From IMG/VR virus record IMGVR_UViG_3300028805_000101, positions 8,369 through 72,368 of that record: DNA of 64,000 bases. One strand, given 5' to 3'. The notes under the pieces were generated by a model, which was given only the letters and a program-made list of their open reading frames with translations, had not been told where the DNA came from and did no database searches. The position numbers were made by a program, and so were the translations under genes. The first letter of the stretch is position 1; each line of letters starts with the position of its first letter. Origin of the DNA: a virus (taxonomy: Duplodnaviria; Caudoviricetes). Positions 30,090-39,806 of this stretch are shown here, in pieces.

Positions 30090-30706
30090 ACAAAATCCTT
30101 CATCATTTGTCTCTTTCGCTTTAAATCTAATGCTTCCTTTTTCTGCTTTTGTGTTAAAGCAGCCATGATATTTCGCTTACTATGCATCAATTTTTTAATT
30201 TGTTGGTCAATATCATTCATCTTATCATACATAACTTTATAATTATTGAAATCATCTATTGTATTCTGATTATTGCACCAATCATTAAATGCAGAAATAT
30301 TATTATAAACTGTATTTAATATCTTATCTAAAGTAATTATCAAGGTATTTATTTTTGAAAAATCCTTCCACACACTAATACAAATAATATTAAATATATT
30401 ACTTGACAGCTTAGTTGTAATACCATTTTTATTTGCCCAATAATTATAAAGTTCGTACTTACTACTAACAGAAAGAAAATTAGGATTTTGTAATGTATGG
30501 ATAGACAATCTACACTTTTTATTCTTAAATGGTGTTATAAAACAACAACACGAAGTATTATTTAACAAATTACCAAATTTTTTAAATGGTTCTGTCTTCT
30601 TAAAATTAATGTACAGCTCATCAATATTATTTTTTCTTTCTAAGACAATATCAGTATTTCTAAACTTATGTTTTTTAAGTTCACAGAACAATGAATAAAA
30701 ATCCAT
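30086..30706 (-). CDS. DF-tail family protein (long member)
   Basis: Ends LKRKRQMMKDFV. Confidence 0.75.
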   Translation of the reverse strand: MDFYSLFCELKKHKFRNTDIVLERKNNIDELYINFKKTEPFKKFGNLLNNTSCCCFITPFKNKKCRLSIHTLQNPNFLSVSSKYELYNYWANKNGITTKLSSNIFNIICISVWKDFSKINTLIITLDKILNTVYNNISAFNDWCNNQNTIDDFNNYKVMYDKMNDIDQQIKKLMHSKRNIMAALTQKQKKEALDLKRKRQMMKDFV

Positions 30707-30707
30707 A

Positions 30708-31547
30708 TTATACTCCGCACATCTTCACGAAATCGTCTTCAGAAATAAGAGTAATTCCCTGTTTACGGGCCTTTACGGCCTTAGACGAAGTAGAATTTGG
30801 GTCAGCAAGAACCAAGAACTCAGTGTCCTTCTTAATTCCTTCGTGAATTACACCACCATTCTTTTCAACCATAGACCACAGTTCCTTACGAGGACGAGAT
30901 GCCGCACCAGTGAAACAGAACGATTTTCCAGCAAGAACACCATTGGTATTAACAGTTTTCTTTTCCGGTTCCTTGATAGTTACGAATGTCAATGTCTTTT
31001 CCATATCTTCACGCAGTGCTTGCAATCCCTGGGCGAGTTTCTTGGAGATAATAGAACCAACACCATCGCAAACAAAACGCTCAGGAGATTCAGCATATGC
31101 GAAGAAATCATTGAAGGTCTGGAAATTCTTTTCCTTGATGATGTTGTCAATTACCTTTTCGCCAACTCCTTCAATGTTGTACCCAGCAATAAACTTCGCC
31201 AGTGACATTTCCTTGTGAGTATCAAGTTCCTTTTTCATCTTCATTGCAGAACGCTTTCCCAGACCAGAAATGGAAGCAATCTTATCCAAATCCATAGTGT
31301 AAAGCGAAGAAATCGTGTCAATCACCCCATTGTCAATTAGTGTTTCAATCGTAGTCAGACCAAATTCCTTAGCACCGATGGTGTTAGTCCATTTTCCAAT
31401 TCTACCAGAAAATTTACTCTTGCAAAATTCATTCACACATCGCAGTTGGCAATGATTGTCAGATAGTGTGAGCTCGCCACCACATACCGGACATACCGTA
31501 GGAAGATTCCATTTGTGAGAAGTGGCAAGTGTCTGAATAATATTCAT
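30708..31547 (-). CDS. ligA: NAD-dependent DNA ligase, C-terminal half (Zn finger, HhH, BRCT)
   Basis: PTVCPVCG...CVNEFC; ISGLGKRSA; IEGVGEK; BRCT LAGKSFCFTG...SKAVKARKQGITLISEDDF. Confidence 0.92.
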   Translation of the reverse strand: MNIIQTLATSHKWNLPTVCPVCGGELTLSDNHCQLRCVNEFCKSKFSGRIGKWTNTIGAKEFGLTTIETLIDNGVIDTISSLYTMDLDKIASISGLGKRSAMKMKKELDTHKEMSLAKFIAGYNIEGVGEKVIDNIIKEKNFQTFNDFFAYAESPERFVCDGVGSIISKKLAQGLQALREDMEKTLTFVTIKEPEKKTVNTNGVLAGKSFCFTGAASRPRKELWSMVEKNGGVIHEGIKKDTEFLVLADPNSTSSKAVKARKQGITLISEDDFVKMCGV

Positions 31548-31569
31548 TTGGTACCTCGTTGTTGTTTTT

Positions 31570-31645
31570 CTAAGTTAAAATATAGAAAAATGACTGACTA
31601 CTGTCAATCATTATATATTGGTTATATGTAAAAAATTTATTTACA
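31570..31645 (-). promoter_or_regulatory. Early promoter TTGACA-17-TATATT-TTAACTTAG, hairpin over the -35, TGTAAA-N7-TTTACA box
   Basis: -10 31579-31584, -35 31602-31607, palindrome 31627-31645. Confidence 0.85.
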
Positions 31646-32459
31646 AAGCCATCAGTGAATCATAAGAATGTACACCAGAATTTCGTCTAATCTTATGCAT
31701 AATTTGTTTCTTTAGCGAAGCTAGTCTTTGATGTGATAGACCATGTTCTACAGCAAGGTCAACTATTGTTGTTGGCTCGTTTTCGCCTATACCATAATGT
31801 TTCAATACGATATTTCTATCTCGTTCAGACAGATCCTTCATTATGGTATCAATCTTCTTCATTATGTCATTATTTTCAATATCATTTTTAAATGAATTAT
31901 CTTCAACAACATCAATAAGTTCAGTTGTTTCATTATCCAATCCTGGAACAGGTGTATTAAGTGATTCAATGTTCACCGCATTATCAACCAATACAAAATC
32001 AAGAATTTTTTGATTAGACAAACCAAGTTCATCAATAGTCTTATGTTCTTTATTCATTCGTTTAATAATCTTATTAGCTTCCTGTCTTTGATTGATTGGA
32101 ATATAAATTGCTGAAGTATACGAATCTAGATATTTCTTAATTCGCTGAACAATGTACCAGACAGCATAACTAATGAATTTCGTACCATCATTAACATCAT
32201 ATTTAGTGGCAGCATATTTCATACCAAGAATGCCTTCTTGAATTAGATCTGTCAATTCTACGGATTTATTAGCGAACTGCTTTGCTACTGATACTACAAA
32301 TAATATATGGTTTTGAACAATCTTATTCATTGCCATGTTCTTGATTGTTTTTGAAACCTTATCAGATTGAATAATGTTGAAATATGCTTTTTCTTCATTA
32401 ACCGATAGTTTACAATTTGTCTCTAGTGCATTTTTCAAAAATGGTTGCAGTTCTTTCAT
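31641..32459 (-). CDS. RNA polymerase sigma70-family factor (regions 2-4)
   Basis: NHILFVVSVAKQF, DLIQEGILGM, KYD...GTKFISYAVWYI, C-terminal HTH LSERDRNIVLKHYGI. Confidence 0.92.
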   Translation of the reverse strand: MKELQPFLKNALETNCKLSVNEEKAYFNIIQSDKVSKTIKNMAMNKIVQNHILFVVSVAKQFANKSVELTDLIQEGILGMKYAATKYDVNDGTKFISYAVWYIVQRIKKYLDSYTSAIYIPINQRQEANKIIKRMNKEHKTIDELGLSNQKILDFVLVDNAVNIESLNTPVPGLDNETTELIDVVEDNSFKNDIENNDIMKKIDTIMKDLSERDRNIVLKHYGIGENEPTTIVDLAVEHGLSHQRLASLKKQIMHKIRRNSGVHSYDSLMAL

Positions 32460-32575
32460 ATATTGAACTCCTGATTAAAGTTCTATTATGTATCTTTTAA
32501 ATTACAATATACAAAAAAGGTTGTCAATGCAACTTTTGTAAATTATCTGTTACATTAACAACCTAATGTTTAAAA

Positions 32576-32944
32576 TCACATAGTCAGCATGGATGCCAAC
32601 TTCGTAATCTTCTTGTCTTTGATGGTCGGCGAGTCATCTGTTTCGTAAACCTTTACAGCAGCACTCAACCACTGACGGCACTCTTCACATTCCATATTTG
32701 CAAATGCCGTATTTTCAAGGGACTGAATCTTCAATCCATGCTGAAGGAATGCCTTCAGTCGCCGATAGAACTTGTTTATGTCACCAATCCTCTTCAACTG
32801 CGCGGTTGCAGCCACAACGGGATTCGGTCGCTTCCAACAATCCTCGGCTCGCATATTGTCCTTCGGTTCCGGGACATACGATTCATAGTTCTGTGCGAAC
32901 TTGAGAATGAAGTCCTTCTGTTCAATTGTTCCAGGTTGTGCCAT
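32576..32944 (-). CDS. Hypothetical early protein
   Basis: 122 aa, GGAGG SD, higher GC3. Confidence 0.75.
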   Translation of the reverse strand: MAQPGTIEQKDFILKFAQNYESYVPEPKDNMRAEDCWKRPNPVVAATAQLKRIGDINKFYRRLKAFLQHGLKIQSLENTAFANMECEECRQWLSAAVKVYETDDSPTIKDKKITKLASMLTM

Positions 32945-32967
32945 AATTGACCTCCATTTAGTTGTTG

Positions 32968-33300
32968 TTAAAATTCAAGTTTATATTCATTGATTGTCTG
33001 CCAATCATCAATTGGATTTGTAGTTTCATTATCTACAATATCATTAAATTCCATTTCACGCAATTCCTTTTCAATATCCATATCATCAAATGAAATTTCA
33101 AGTGGTACGGCCTTGTTATTATAGAATGATACCTTAAATAAACGTGTATCAGGTTTCTTTAGTTCACGAATGGTTGTATCAATAATAGACTTAAATTCTG
33201 TTTCATTTTCAACATTAACAAACTTCAATGTCATTTTATCAATTCCAATACATGCTTCTCGGCCAGCAACATCAGAATACATATATAGAGCTTTCAACAT
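32968..33300 (-). CDS. Hypothetical protein
   Basis: 110 aa, AAGGA SD. Confidence 0.7.
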   Translation of the reverse strand: MLKALYMYSDVAGREACIGIDKMTLKFVNVENETEFKSIIDTTIRELKKPDTRLFKVSFYNNKAVPLEISFDDMDIEKELREMEFNDIVDNETTNPIDDWQTINEYKLEF

Positions 33301-33324
33301 AGTTTTATCCTTTAGTTAATTTGT

Positions 33325-33398
33325 CTAAGTTTAAATATAGAAAAAATATCCATATTTGTCAATCATTTAAACTGTATTTATGTAAAACTTTATTTACA
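33325..33398 (-). promoter_or_regulatory. Early promoter TTGACA-17-TATATT-TAAACTTAG with perfect TGTAAA-N6-TTTACA box
   Basis: -10 33334-33339, -35 33357-33362, palindrome 33381-33398. Confidence 0.85.
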
Positions 33399-33698
33399 AA
33401 ATTCTTGTTCAATAATTCTTTTTTTCATATTGATATTATATTCTTTAGCCAATTTTGTTATCCTACTCAAATCTTCTTCAAAATTATCTTTAGTAATTCG
33501 CCAAGGTCCATAAAAACCATTTAAATTATACAAGGTTTTAACACCCCATTGTGAATTATAATGACAGACAAACAAACCACTTAAAAAATTTTCATCATTA
33601 TAATTAAATTTATAACAACTGGGTAGACTCCTCATATCAAAAACTGGAACTAGGCCCCATTTAGCACAAATTTCTTTGTATTCATCAAAAGTTATCAT
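33390..33698 (-). CDS. DF-tail family variant (EF)
   Basis: Starts MITFDEYKEICAKWGLVP; ends KKRIIEQEFCK. Confidence 0.75.
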   Translation of the reverse strand: MITFDEYKEICAKWGLVPVFDMRSLPSCYKFNYNDENFLSGLFVCHYNSQWGVKTLYNLNGFYGPWRITKDNFEEDLSRITKLAKEYNINMKKRIIEQEFCK

Positions 33699-34063
33699 TA
33701 AATGAAGTCCGATTGAAGTTTCAATTGCTTATCATACATGTATAATTTCTTATTAAATAAGATAAGATAACTATACAATAACATAGTTTTCTTTAATTGT
33801 AGTTCAAATTTTTTTATGTCTCTATATGATAATCCATAAAAATTATCATCTACTTCAAATTCACCATCAATAGTTGACATTCTAAATTGAATAGACGTAT
33901 AAAGAAAAATATATCCATCATCATAATCTTTATGATATGAAAAAATCTTGTACTGATCTGAACGATCTTTATATTCACAAACATACAAGAGATCGCTTTC
34001 TTTTTTCAAAACCAATTCTGGATATTTGTGTACTATGTTTTCTACATCTTTAAATTTAATCAT
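33698..34063 (-). CDS. DF-tail family small protein
   Basis: Ends DKQLKLQSDFI. Confidence 0.8.
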   Translation of the reverse strand: MIKFKDVENIVHKYPELVLKKESDLLYVCEYKDRSDQYKIFSYHKDYDDGYIFLYTSIQFRMSTIDGEFEVDDNFYGLSYRDIKKFELQLKKTMLLYSYLILFNKKLYMYDKQLKLQSDFI

Positions 34064-34080
34064 ACCAAATCCTGTATTAA

Positions 34081-34326
34081 TTAATGATTGATATTTGTAT
34101 TAGAATGATTTTTGTTATAATAATCAAGCATTTTTCGTTTTTGCATCTCTAGATTATTTACAGATTCCATTTCTTCATACCATAGACGATTATAGTAATA
34201 TCCAACCGAAAGAGGATTTTCATGATATTCTGGTGTATCATGTTCAACTAGCCAATCAAGCAATTCTTTCTTTTTTACAGGCTCAGTTATAAATGTTTTA
34301 TAAAGATATTTAATAAATTTGAACAT
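34081..34326 (-). CDS. Hypothetical protein
   Basis: 81-aa ORF. Confidence 0.6.
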   Translation of the reverse strand: MFKFIKYLYKTFITEPVKKKELLDWLVEHDTPEYHENPLSVGYYYNRLWYEEMESVNNLEMQKRKMLDYYNKNHSNTNINH

Positions 34327-34345
34327 ATATTTTTGTTCTCATGAA

Positions 34346-35455
34346 TTAAAGTTCATAACCTTCGGCATACTTACCAGTGTTGACATCCTTGATAATCTTA
34401 GGAATAATCATACCACAGCGGCAAATGATAACCTTATGACCAATTTCAATTCCCATATTTTCCAAGCAAGCGACATTGCAGAGGTTTGCCTTCTTGACAG
34501 TGGCACCCTGAAGGTCTACAGGCTCAACAATACCTACCGGCGTAAGATTGCCATTACGAACCTGCCAGACAATGTCAATCAGAGTGGTTTCCTTGAGAAT
34601 CTTGGCAGGCTTCAATGCAATGTTAGTCTTCGGACGGACATTGGTTCGCATATCATTCATATCAATGGCATTCTGTTTCCAGACGATACCATCAATATCA
34701 TACTCAAGATCGTCAAACTTTGCAAACACATCATTGAGATATTCCATACATTCCTTAGAAGTAAGGTTCTTGAACATCTTGTAAGGAGCAACCTTAAAAC
34801 CATTTCGTTCAATAAATTCAATGAGGGTTTTCTGAGTACCAAAAGATTCAGAATGGTCAAGATACTGAGCATCATAACAAACAACATCCAGATGTTCACA
34901 ACCAGCACCATCAAGACGCTTCATAATGCCAGTCGCAGTATTACGGCAATTCTTCATTTCAGGATAAAATTTGTTTTTGTTGGCACGAGACAGAAGAACT
35001 TCACCACGAACATCGCCAGTGAAATTATCATTGAGTCGCATCGGCACGAAATTCATTTTTTTCACATTTTCCGTAATATCATAACCCGTTTTACCATCAC
35101 CACGAGTAGCAGCCTTAACAAAATTTCCATTCACATAAGTCATACAGAGTGAAGCACCATCCATCTTATAAGAACCAAGTACAAATGAATTATCAATGGT
35201 AGACAACCAAGCATTCATTTCAGGTTCCGTGTTGGCTTTGTTTTGGCTACCCATAACAATGTTATGCTTCACCTGCTTAAAACCAACAGCAGTGTCAGCA
35301 CCAACCAAGGTTGTCAACAATGCATTATTCGGATCAAGAACAGCGAGTTCATCAACCAATGCATCAAACTCAGCATCAGAAATCTTCGGTTTATCATTGT
35401 AATAGAGTTCCTGATTGGTTTTGATTTCGTTTTCAAGGATTTCAATTCGTGTCAT
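34346..35455 (-). CDS. ligA: NAD-dependent DNA ligase, N-terminal half (domain Ia, adenylation domain, OB fold)
   Basis: YYNDKPKISDAEFD, SYKMDG (KxDG), ATRGDG, VRGEV, DIDGIVWK, WQVRNGNLTPV, CGMIIPKII. Confidence 0.93.
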   Translation of the reverse strand: MTRIEILENEIKTNQELYYNDKPKISDAEFDALVDELAVLDPNNALLTTLVGADTAVGFKQVKHNIVMGSQNKANTEPEMNAWLSTIDNSFVLGSYKMDGASLCMTYVNGNFVKAATRGDGKTGYDITENVKKMNFVPMRLNDNFTGDVRGEVLLSRANKNKFYPEMKNCRNTATGIMKRLDGAGCEHLDVVCYDAQYLDHSESFGTQKTLIEFIERNGFKVAPYKMFKNLTSKECMEYLNDVFAKFDDLEYDIDGIVWKQNAIDMNDMRTNVRPKTNIALKPAKILKETTLIDIVWQVRNGNLTPVGIVEPVDLQGATVKKANLCNVACLENMGIEIGHKVIICRCGMIIPKIIKDVNTGKYAEGYEL

Positions 35456-35480
35456 TGTTGTTACCTCTTGTTGTTATTTT

Positions 35481-35555
35481 CTAAGTTTAAATATAGAAAA
35501 AAATATATAATATGTCAATTAAAAACATAGAATGTTATGTAAAATTTTATTTACA
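35481..35555 (-). promoter_or_regulatory. Early promoter TTGACA-17-TATATT-TAAACTTAG with perfect TGTAAA-N6-TTTACA box
   Basis: -10 35490-35495, -35 35513-35518, palindrome 35538-35555. Confidence 0.85.
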
Positions 35556-35557
35556 TA

Positions 35558-35914
35558 TTATACAACACACCACAAGACACAAATCGCATCGTGAGGAATA
35601 ACTCCCTTAGTTCCATTGAAGAAAATATCCCACATTTCATCAGTAAACTCTTTTAAATTCTTACGATCTTTACAATTTTCTTTTTCCATTTCACGATGTG
35701 CTTCAGCAGTAATCCAACAAAGTTCTGAAATTGAAATAATGATTGTTTTTGTTTTATCAGAAACCTTTGACATTTTAGCTGCTATCCAATCAAAATCATA
35801 AAATGTATGTGCGTAGATGGCATCTGGTGGTAAAACACCAATACCATTCCAGTTATAGAATGCTTCTCTTGCTTCTTTGCTATGCCAAATTTGAAGGTGT
35901 GTATTCATAGTCAA
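35558..35914 (-). CDS. Hypothetical protein
   Basis: 118 aa after promoter. Confidence 0.7.
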   Translation of the reverse strand: MTMNTHLQIWHSKEAREAFYNWNGIGVLPPDAIYAHTFYDFDWIAAKMSKVSDKTKTIIISISELCWITAEAHREMEKENCKDRKNLKEFTDEMWDIFFNGTKGVIPHDAICVLWCVV

Positions 35915-35917
35915 CCT

Positions 35918-35955
35918 CTAAGTTTAAATATAGAAACTTATTTAAGGTCTGTCAA
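35918..35955 (-). promoter_or_regulatory. Early promoter TTGACA-17-TATATT-TAAACTTAG
   Basis: -10 35927-35932, -35 35950-35955. Confidence 0.8.
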
Positions 35956-35959
35956 TATA

Positions 35960-36391
35960 TCATTCAAAGTCTTTATTGATTTTCTGCAAATTGTTATAGC
36001 GTTTAATCATCTTATAATAGATATCTGGATAGCCATTCAAAGACTTATCACTTATATAAGTACCTATCTGTGTAATACAATAATATTTAGTTTCTTCATT
36101 AAAATCATAAGCACAGAATTCTTTCCATCCAGTAAATGCATTTAAACAACCATCAAGCAATCTACTATATTTTTGTATTTTTAATGATATATCTGTTATA
36201 TGAATAAAAGCACCATCATAGATCTGTGGTTTAAATTCATTATCGTAATCTTGCTTGTTTATATAAATCATGAACCCATAAGACGGTTCATTACGAACAT
36301 AAAAACCTGCATTTTCATAGCTTTCAACAAGTTTATACATTAGATCTTTATATACTGGAAATCGTACTTTATCAATTTGCCTATTCTTCAT
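35960..36391 (-). CDS. DF-tail family small protein
   Basis: Ends NNLQKINKDFE. Confidence 0.8.
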   Translation of the reverse strand: MKNRQIDKVRFPVYKDLMYKLVESYENAGFYVRNEPSYGFMIYINKQDYDNEFKPQIYDGAFIHITDISLKIQKYSRLLDGCLNAFTGWKEFCAYDFNEETKYYCITQIGTYISDKSLNGYPDIYYKMIKRYNNLQKINKDFE

Positions 36392-36693
36392 TTGAAGTCC
36401 TTTTCAATAGTTTTTAATTTTCGTTTAACCAATATTTCCTTATATTGACCCATTAGTTTAGCCAATTGTTGTCTAGCTTGCTTAGGTCTTAATTCCAATG
36501 CACCATAACAGCAGATACATTCACCGCAATCTATCAATGTACCAGCAACAAGGAACATATCCTTATAATAAAGGAACTTTAATATGAAATCAGCTGGATG
36601 AATATATGGCCAAGAACAAATATAACCCGTATGTTTTAAATTTAAATGGAACTCTTTAGCCATTTTATAATATTCTTCACAATATGGTGTCAT
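36388..36693 (-). CDS. DF-tail family small protein
   Basis: Ends RKLKTIEKDFK. Confidence 0.8.
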   Translation of the reverse strand: MTPYCEEYYKMAKEFHLNLKHTGYICSWPYIHPADFILKFLYYKDMFLVAGTLIDCGECICCYGALELRPKQARQQLAKLMGQYKEILVKRKLKTIEKDFK

Positions 36694-37097
36694 ACAAAAT
36701 CCGTTTTCATAGTTTCAATTTTATCATTTACAATAATTTCTTTTGCAATTCGTCTATTATTGCTAATAATAGCTTTAATTTCTTCCCAATTGGCTTCATC
36801 AAGTAACACATTAACAAATCGTGTAATGTATTTCAATTCCGGTCTTGCTGTGTCAAAAACTTTATATGAATTGTCTCGATTTATTACATCAAAATCTAGT
36901 TCAAATTTTCCACCATGTGTCTGAATAATAGAAAATCGTAAATGTGACAAATTATTAATATGTAAGTACATATCACATCTGTTAACATTTGACCTATACA
37001 TAAAATTATGCCAATCATCAGTATATTTTGTCTTATATCCCATTGAAAGAACATAATCATGGATTTTTATTAGATTATTTGATGTTCCAGCAATCAT
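36690..37097 (-). CDS. DF-tail family small protein
   Basis: Ends DKIETMKTDFV. Confidence 0.8.
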   Translation of the reverse strand: MIAGTSNNLIKIHDYVLSMGYKTKYTDDWHNFMYRSNVNRCDMYLHINNLSHLRFSIIQTHGGKFELDFDVINRDNSYKVFDTARPELKYITRFVNVLLDEANWEEIKAIISNNRRIAKEIIVNDKIETMKTDFV

Positions 37098-37399
37098 TAT
37101 TTAAAGTCCTCTTCAATAGTCTGTAATGCTGCTTTGATTTTTCGTCTCTTTAAGTCTGCCATTAGTTGATTTAATTGTGATTCAAATTCATTCTTATTAC
37201 AGGTCCAATATCTCCAATTTAATCCAAAAGATTCAAGTTTACAGACTTGTGCTTTCTTATTCAAATATTGCACCACGATAGCACCAGAATAAAATCCATA
37301 TCCTGGTGGAACATCATAATAATATGGTGTTTCTTTATTTTTACGAGGAACAAAACCATATTTCTTACACAGTTCATTATATTCGTTTTTAGTAATCAT
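37097..37399 (-). CDS. DF-tail family small protein
   Basis: Starts MITKNEYNELCKKYGFVP; ends AALQTIEEDFK. Confidence 0.8.
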   Translation of the reverse strand: MITKNEYNELCKKYGFVPRKNKETPYYYDVPPGYGFYSGAIVVQYLNKKAQVCKLESFGLNWRYWTCNKNEFESQLNQLMADLKRRKIKAALQTIEEDFK

Positions 37400-37779
37400 T
37401 TAAAGTCATTTCCGATAGATTTTAGTTTTTTACTAATATAAAACTTTTTAACGTCTTTTTCAATATTTGTAAGATATAATTCAAAATCATTTAATGTTTT
37501 TATTGGATTATATTCTTCAAGATTCTTATTTCTATCAAACATTAAATTGCCAAACATATCTTTTACTATTACATTATAATAGCGTATAATTCCTGTATTA
37601 ATGTCATTTCTAAATATATCAAAATTGTAGCTTGCAACTGTTTTATAATCTCTATAATATTTACCGTCCTTAAATAATATTTTCAAATTATATCTCTGTA
37701 TATCTTCTGTATAACTTCCCTTCCAAAAAAATTTATTCCGATGTTTGTGTACAATTGACATAATATCTTCTTTTTTCAT
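37396..37779 (-). CDS. DF-tail family small protein
   Basis: Ends KKLKSIGNDFK. Confidence 0.8.
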   Translation of the reverse strand: MKKEDIMSIVHKHRNKFFWKGSYTEDIQRYNLKILFKDGKYYRDYKTVASYNFDIFRNDINTGIIRYYNVIVKDMFGNLMFDRNKNLEEYNPIKTLNDFELYLTNIEKDVKKFYISKKLKSIGNDFK

Positions 37780-37824
37780 ACAAAATCCTTTTCTAATTCG
37801 TAAATATTTTTATCACTCTTATAA

Positions 37825-38157
37825 TCATTCAAAGTCTACACTAAAAGCATCTTTTCGTTCTCTAATTTTTACTACTTTAACAGTTTTAACTATTTTCTTC
37901 GCCATTCTTAAGATATTTCTGTATTTTGTATTATCTCTCATATCAGTGTGATAATAGTTGATATTATCAGCAAGATGGCTATAAAAAGAATTAGTCTTTT
38001 CAACAAATGTAAAACAAATATGGCCGTCATAAATGAAATCATAAAATCTAGTTACGGAATTTTCATTATTCAATATCTCAAAACCAAGATTCACTAAATC
38101 TTTCTCAATTTTATTCATGAACACTTTAACATGCGGATATACAGTATCAATGTTCAT
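37825..38157 (-). CDS. DF-tail family small protein
   Basis: Ends ERKDAFSVDFE. Confidence 0.8.
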   Translation of the reverse strand: MNIDTVYPHVKVFMNKIEKDLVNLGFEILNNENSVTRFYDFIYDGHICFTFVEKTNSFYSHLADNINYYHTDMRDNTKYRNILRMAKKIVKTVKVVKIRERKDAFSVDFE

Positions 38158-38639
38158 AAGAAATCACTCCTAAATGACTGTAATTTGTCTTCCATTTTCT
38201 CAAATAGTTTTCCATTCATTAGACGAGTAAAACAGAACTTCAAAAATTCAATGATTTTATCTTCAGTTGAATTGTCAATGTCTTTTTGATACATTGTATC
38301 ATGTTTACATCTTTCATCAGATATAGAGAAACAAGATATATAACCTTTAGAAGAATCCCAGATTTCTGACGGATTTTCTTTAATTGGATATGCATTTCTA
38401 TTATACTTATTACCAGATGGATAATAAACAAGACGAGTCATCGCAGTCACACAATAAATGTTTCGTCTATCAGATTTATTCATCAAATCATATATATCAC
38501 CATAGAATCTAACAGCACCAATCTTGTTTGTTCCATATAAGAAATCAAACCAGCCAATATTCCAATCAAAATTTGTATCTAAGCCCATTGACTTAGCGAA
38601 CTTCAACAGTTTCTTCTCAAATCGCTTAGTCATTTTCAT
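38154..38639 (-). CDS. DF-tail family small protein
   Basis: Ends DKLQSFRSDFL. Confidence 0.8.
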   Translation of the reverse strand: MKMTKRFEKKLLKFAKSMGLDTNFDWNIGWFDFLYGTNKIGAVRFYGDIYDLMNKSDRRNIYCVTAMTRLVYYPSGNKYNRNAYPIKENPSEIWDSSKGYISCFSISDERCKHDTMYQKDIDNSTEDKIIEFLKFCFTRLMNGKLFEKMEDKLQSFRSDFL

Positions 38640-38640
38640 A

Positions 38641-38931
38641 TTAGACTTCCTTCTTCACAATTGAAAGATTCTTTACTTCCGTAATAGGCTTAAATTCAAC
38701 ATAGTAGCAAGGCTTTTCATTTGTAAATATTGGTTGAACATTAAATCTTTCAGCCAAGTTAGGATGCTTTTTCAAAAATTCTTTTGCTTCCTTATTGTGG
38801 TGGAATCCAACAGCCTTACCAGGTTCGTCTGTAATCAAAACATTACCTGCATCATCCATACCAGCAAAATAGTAGTAATGGTATTCGTATGTGTTCTTGC
38901 TTTCAAGTGTGTAATAAGTGAAGTCTGCCAT
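38641..38931 (-). CDS. Hypothetical early protein
   Basis: 96 aa, GAGG SD, first gene after promoter. Confidence 0.75.
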   Translation of the reverse strand: MADFTYYTLESKNTYEYHYYYFAGMDDAGNVLITDEPGKAVGFHHNKEAKEFLKKHPNLAERFNVQPIFTNEKPCYYVEFKPITEVKNLSIVKKEV

Positions 38932-38953
38932 AAGTTACCTCTTTTGTTGTTAT

Positions 38954-39029
38954 CTAAGTTTAAATATAGAAAAAATATCAACTTATGTCAATAACTTAAA
39001 TAAAAAATAATGTAAAATTTTAATTTACA
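38954..39029 (-). promoter_or_regulatory. Early promoter TTGACA-17-TATATT-TAAACTTAG with TGTAAA-N7-TTTACA box
   Basis: -10 38963-38968, -35 38986-38991, palindrome 39011-39029. Confidence 0.85.
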
Positions 39030-39060
39030 AAGTCACTATTTAAATCTTCTATTTTAGTAA

Positions 39061-39459
39061 TCATACAAAATCCTGCCCAATTTCTACGATTTTCTTTTTT
39101 GATAATTCTTCTTTCAATTCTTTTGAATACATAGCTTTCATTTGAACTGACGTATTGATAAATGCAACCAATCTCATTAAATAGTCTTCTATGACTTTAA
39201 AATCTTTAGTTATAGCACCAGGAAAAAATGTTTCATACTTAAATGTACCTGTTCCACTAATACCATAATATAAGTCTGCATAATCAACATTACCATTAGC
39301 TGGTGTATAAGACATTAACAGTACACTCTTTCCTTCAACACCATATTTTGTGGTATTCAAGTACAAATTCCAACTATCTCTTTCTTTGGTGTTTAGAACG
39401 AAATGTTCTTTATACCTTTCAATCAAGTTTTTAAAATCTTTTGGTCTAATCTGACTCAT
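39061..39459 (-). CDS. DF-tail family small protein
   Basis: Ends KKIVEIGQDFV. Confidence 0.8.
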   Translation of the reverse strand: MSQIRPKDFKNLIERYKEHFVLNTKERDSWNLYLNTTKYGVEGKSVLLMSYTPANGNVDYADLYYGISGTGTFKYETFFPGAITKDFKVIEDYLMRLVAFINTSVQMKAMYSKELKEELSKKKIVEIGQDFV

Positions 39460-39794
39460 TTGAAATCCTCATTGATTGATTTTATCCTAGATTTCATTTT
39501 TGCTTTCTTAAACTTATATTCACAATTTCTTACCCATTTAACAATTGTTTCAATTTTTTTATATTTTAGTTGTTTATCTCTATACAAGACTTTTCCATCT
39601 ACTGTAGCAGCCAACCGGAATATACTTAATGACTTATCCCACCAGCAACAAGCAAAATTTCGTTCATCTGTTCGGTCGCCATAAGTAATTTGCGGCAAAT
39701 ACACAGAAGTAAAAATATTATTAGGATTTAGTAATTTCCATCCAGTTATTTTTGACAGTTCTGGTAAATCAGTATAATACATAATAAGTTCCAA
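39456..39794 (-). CDS. DF-tail family small protein
   Basis: Ends SRIKSINEDFK. Confidence 0.8.
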   Translation of the reverse strand: MELIMYYTDLPELSKITGWKLLNPNNIFTSVYLPQITYGDRTDERNFACCWWDKSLSIFRLAATVDGKVLYRDKQLKYKKIETIVKWVRNCEYKFKKAKMKSRIKSINEDFK

Positions 39795-39806
39795 AATTTT
39801 GTAAAA

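Noticed and set aside
30708-35455. Intein or group I intron explaining the ligase split
   Set aside because: No Cys/Ser-start...His-Asn intein ends and no homing endonuclease; the intervening DNA holds ordinary genes, and the C-half has its own promoter and SD.
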